Below are positions 33,980 to 36,122 of a stretch of DNA of 36,122 bases, piece by piece. The translations under genes and the position numbers were made by a program. The notes under the pieces were generated by a model. That model saw only the letters and a list, made by a program, of their open reading frames with translations. It made no database searches and was not told the DNA's origin. Position 1 is the stretch's first letter. Each line of letters starts with the position of its first letter. Location: IMG/VR virus record IMGVR_UViG_3300009285_000035, positions 1-36,122 of that record. One strand, 5' to 3'. Source of the stretch: a virus.

Positions 33980-34297
33980 ATGGGGCAACTAGAAGTCATA
34001 GTCGGAGGGTACAAGACTACTGTGGGTGTATGGTACATGGGACGGGAAGTGTGGAGCACCACAGGGGAGAAAAAAGAATATCGGTTCGATGTATATGGGC
34101 ACATCGAAACAAAGCAGGGCGAGAGGCGGTGGATTGTTCAGGGCATATATGCGCTGCGACCTATTCCACGGTGGCGTATACCTAGCCAGCGGTATAACTT
34201 CCGTCGAGTTCTGAGGCAGGTCATCAGCGATGCCGTGGGAATGCCTACTGATATCTTTTTCTGGGACAAACTGGACGTAGAGTTTGAGAAAGAGTAG
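33980..34297 (+). CDS. Hypothetical protein (105 aa).
   Basis: Strong RBS AAAGGAGG. Confidence 0.6.
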   Translation: MGQLEVIVGGYKTTVGVWYMGREVWSTTGEKKEYRFDVYGHIETKQGERRWIVQGIYALRPIPRWRIPSQRYNFRRVLRQVISDAVGMPTDIFFWDKLDVEFEKE

Positions 34298-34303
34298 ACG
34301 GAT

Positions 34304-34618
34304 ATGAGCAACACCAGTAAGCAGAAGGGTAGCGCAGCAGAGCGGGCCTTTGCAACGGCCATCGGTGGGGAGCGAGTCCCGCTCTCTGGCGCCCTCAAGG
34401 GCTACCCGGGCGACGTGACAGGCATCCTGGGCGATCCCCGCTGGGAGAAATTCAAGTGGCAGTGCAAGCAGCGCCGCGGGGGAGCAGGCTGGAAGTTGCT
34501 GGCCGACTGGTTGAAGGGGCACGACGGGCTGGCGCTCCATCGACCTTATCAGGGATGGTTAGTGGTTTTCCGTCTTGAAACGCTCTTAGAACTTCTATCT
34601 TCGAGTGATGATAAATGA
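34304..34618 (+). CDS. PD-(D/E)xK nuclease resembling archaeal-type Holliday-junction resolvases.
   Basis: 'KGSAAERAFATAIGGERVPLSGALKGYPGDV...FKWQCKQRR...DWL' follows the KG..E...SG...D...(E)xK layout of this family. Confidence 0.55.
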   Translation: MSNTSKQKGSAAERAFATAIGGERVPLSGALKGYPGDVTGILGDPRWEKFKWQCKQRRGGAGWKLLADWLKGHDGLALHRPYQGWLVVFRLETLLELLSSSDDK

Positions 34619-34671
34619 ATCGGGTAAGTATCCCTTGGATGTAGAGGGGCTAAATGACTAGAGATATTACT

Positions 34672-35451
34672 TCACAGTCGCTTTGGCATGGCCTTGAACT
34701 TCACGAATCTTTTAAGGACTTCGTCTCTGACGTAGTTGTATATTGCGTCCAGCCGAGCGAGGTCAATTCCAGCAAGTCCCGCCACGTCTACGCGAAACGC
34801 TATCTTCACGGAGATATATGGTTCAAAATCCTGCTGCACATTTATACCGACGGGCACTTTGGCAAATACGTCGCCACTGTATCGTCCGTGGGAAGGCGGA
34901 GGAGGTTGGATGATGCCAGGGACAGTGGGCGTTCGCACTTGATGCGAGAACAGATGCATACTCGCGTGCTTGAAGCGATTGTCGAGTCTGGCGAGAATAG
35001 CAAGGGGGTGGTTCTTAGCATCTGTCCCTCGCTTGTAAGGTTGGAGCGAGTCAACCAATGTTTTTGCTGGTTTGGGAACATGCTTCAACATGGCATCATA
35101 TCGGGCGATTGCATCGCTGGTCTTGGGTTCCGTACGTCGAATAGGGAAGGCATGGTCGTCCGTGACCTTCTTCCCGACAGATTGGACGAGCGCGCAGACG
35201 AGGTGGTCCAAGACCGTGCGCAGATGGTGGGTAGCTTCATCAGTCAAGACCTCAGCGATTGGAGGAGCCTCAACTATCATAAGGCTGTAGAGGTAATACA
35301 CTCCATCGGCATCTACCTCACGGCGCACGGTGTATGGATTGCTCGCCTCGAAGGACTCAACGATGTGTCGCAAATGGCGCAGGTGCTTACGTGCCCTGCT
35401 GAGCTTGAGTTTCAGCCCGTATGGTGGCGGGAGGAGGTATACTGTAGGCAT
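34672..35451 (-). CDS. Lone opposite-strand accessory gene (259 aa) with an RxxxxxxH (HEPN-like) motif; candidate defence or exclusion moron.
   Basis: ATG at 35451-35449. Motifs 'ATHHLRTVLDHLV', 'LQPYKRG' and 'LARLDNRFKH'. Chosen over the fully overlapping + strand ORF 34654..35559. Confidence 0.6.
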   Translation of the reverse strand: MPTVYLLPPPYGLKLKLSRARKHLRHLRHIVESFEASNPYTVRREVDADGVYYLYSLMIVEAPPIAEVLTDEATHHLRTVLDHLVCALVQSVGKKVTDDHAFPIRRTEPKTSDAIARYDAMLKHVPKPAKTLVDSLQPYKRGTDAKNHPLAILARLDNRFKHASMHLFSHQVRTPTVPGIIQPPPPSHGRYSGDVFAKVPVGINVQQDFEPYISVKIAFRVDVAGLAGIDLARLDAIYNYVRDEVLKRFVKFKAMPKRL

Positions 35452-35959
35452 GAGCAAGAAGCCTCAGACCCAGAAGACACCCAAGGAAGGCTACGAGATT
35501 CCGATTCCCACAAAAGGGGAGTTCGAGGCGAACCTGAACCTGAGACGGCAAATTCTTGAGAACCACACCCTTGAAGCGGTGATGTCTATGCCAGCGGATG
35601 TATTCCACGATTCGAAGGTCGGTGTCGTGACTTGTATCATGGTGATCACTGCTCACCACCCCCATCCCCCAGGCAAAAAAACTTGGTTCGGCTACTGGCG
35701 AGACGATGGCTTTGTCACGACAAAGCATCGCGGGCGGATTGACCTGAACCAAACTTGGCCAGATATCAAATCACGCTGGCTAAGTGCTTTTCGCAATCGA
35801 GAGACAATTAAAGGGCAGAGTGTCACTGCTGAAATAGGTCCGGAAGATGAGTGGTGTGCCGAAGCCTACATGGAGACCGACTATTCAATGCTGACTTCAG
35901 CAGATTTTGAAAACGAGATCAAGAAATATGTTGCCTACAGGATTCTAAATGAGCGATAA
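35450..35959 (+). CDS. Orphan C-terminal half of an N6-adenine DNA methyltransferase. It lacks the SAM-binding and catalytic motifs.
   Basis: 'LRRQILENHTLEAVMSMPADVF....GVVTCIMVI' then 'WFGYWRDDGF'. ATG 35450 lies 12 nt after GAGGAGG. No FxGxG or NPP(F/Y/W) motif in this ORF or upstream. Confidence 0.55.
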   Translation: MSKKPQTQKTPKEGYEIPIPTKGEFEANLNLRRQILENHTLEAVMSMPADVFHDSKVGVVTCIMVITAHHPHPPGKKTWFGYWRDDGFVTTKHRGRIDLNQTWPDIKSRWLSAFRNRETIKGQSVTAEIGPEDEWCAEAYMETDYSMLTSADFENEIKKYVAYRILNER

Positions 35960-36122
35960 CGAGACTGTTCGTCTAAGCAACCTGTTCGACGTTAGCTATG
36001 GTACTAAGTTTGACCTTAAGCAGATGAAGCCGACATTCGCCAAGATGCAGCCGTACAGGGATGAGTACGCCGCCAAGGTGAAGTCACTTTGGGCTGAGTA
36101 CCGCACCAAGGTACAGATACTC
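35949..36122 (+). CDS. 5' part of the junction-spanning ORF. The first ~30 codons resemble the start of an R-M specificity or nuclease partner.
   Basis: The ATG overlaps the end of the preceding ORF by 11 nt. 'VRLSNLFDVSYGTKFDLKQM'. The frame continues into 1-251. Confidence 0.55.
   Translation, partial: MSDNETVRLSNLFDVSYGTKFDLKQMKPTFAKMQPYRDEYAAKVKSLWAEYRTKVQIL
36046..36122. repeat. Second copy of the 77-bp terminal overlap.
   Basis: Identical to 1-77. Confidence 0.95.

Noticed and set aside
33759-33992. 77-aa ORF in the track.
   Set aside because: It spans the tRNA-His gene and the strong RBS of the next gene, so it is a by-product of the tRNA region.
34654-35559. 301-aa plus-strand ORF covering the same DNA as the minus-strand gene 34672-35451.
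   Set aside because: Its translation is Ser/Arg/Asp-rich with no recognisable motif, and it runs 110 nt into the methylase-fragment ORF. The minus-strand product has coherent conserved-looking motifs. I judge it an antisense shadow ORF, although only comparative or expression data can settle this.
1-36122. Searched for an integrase, attachment-site repeats, a reverse transcriptase/DGR, toxin-antitoxin pairs and CRISPR arrays.
   Set aside because: No recombinase, RT or nuclease-helicase motifs were recognised by eye. The only end repeat is the 77-bp overlap inside a gene, which fits circular closure rather than att sites.

Overview
The window is a complete tailed-phage genome that closes into a circle. 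Bases 1-77 are identical to 36046-36122, giving a unique length of 36,045 bp, and one ORF reads in frame across the junction. Genes have strong GGAGG-type ribosome-binding sites, and many neighbours overlap as ATGA or TAATG, which suggests translational coupling. There are four blocks. (1) A leftward block of small Cys-rich and HTH genes at 311-2406, linked by a repeated gene-boundary element. (2) A ~230-bp non-coding divergent region at 2407-2634. (3) A long rightward late operon at 2635-27141. It holds terL, a putative portal, two very large repeat-containing virion proteins, a scaffold-like protein, an HK97-like capsid protein, many beta-rich structural proteins, several fibre or receptor-binding-like proteins and a holin-family gene. 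(4) A rightward early/DNA-metabolism block at 27319-34618. It holds an HExxH protein, a metallophosphoesterase, a small HTH regulator, tandem paralogues, a possible annealing protein, a winged-helix protein, a tRNA-His and a resolvase-like nuclease. I found no integrase, repressor, DNA polymerase, small terminase or endolysin. The most unusual part is the accessory corner at 34654-36122, continuing into 1-251. It has a lone opposite-strand gene with an RxxxxxxH (HEPN-like) motif. That gene abuts, start to start, an orphan C-terminal half of an N6-adenine methyltransferase. Next comes the 5' stub of the methylase's partner gene, fused to three 22-aa repeats. Other notable signals:
- A conserved CTTGACAA..GCC promoter present three times. 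One copy drives a leaderless HTH gene. Another sits directly upstream of an intrinsic terminator, just before the scaffold and capsid genes.
- A 14 x 14-aa tandem-repeat fibre domain.
- Unannotated micro zinc-ribbon ORFs inside the late operon.
All functional calls come from reading motifs by eye. No database search was possible.
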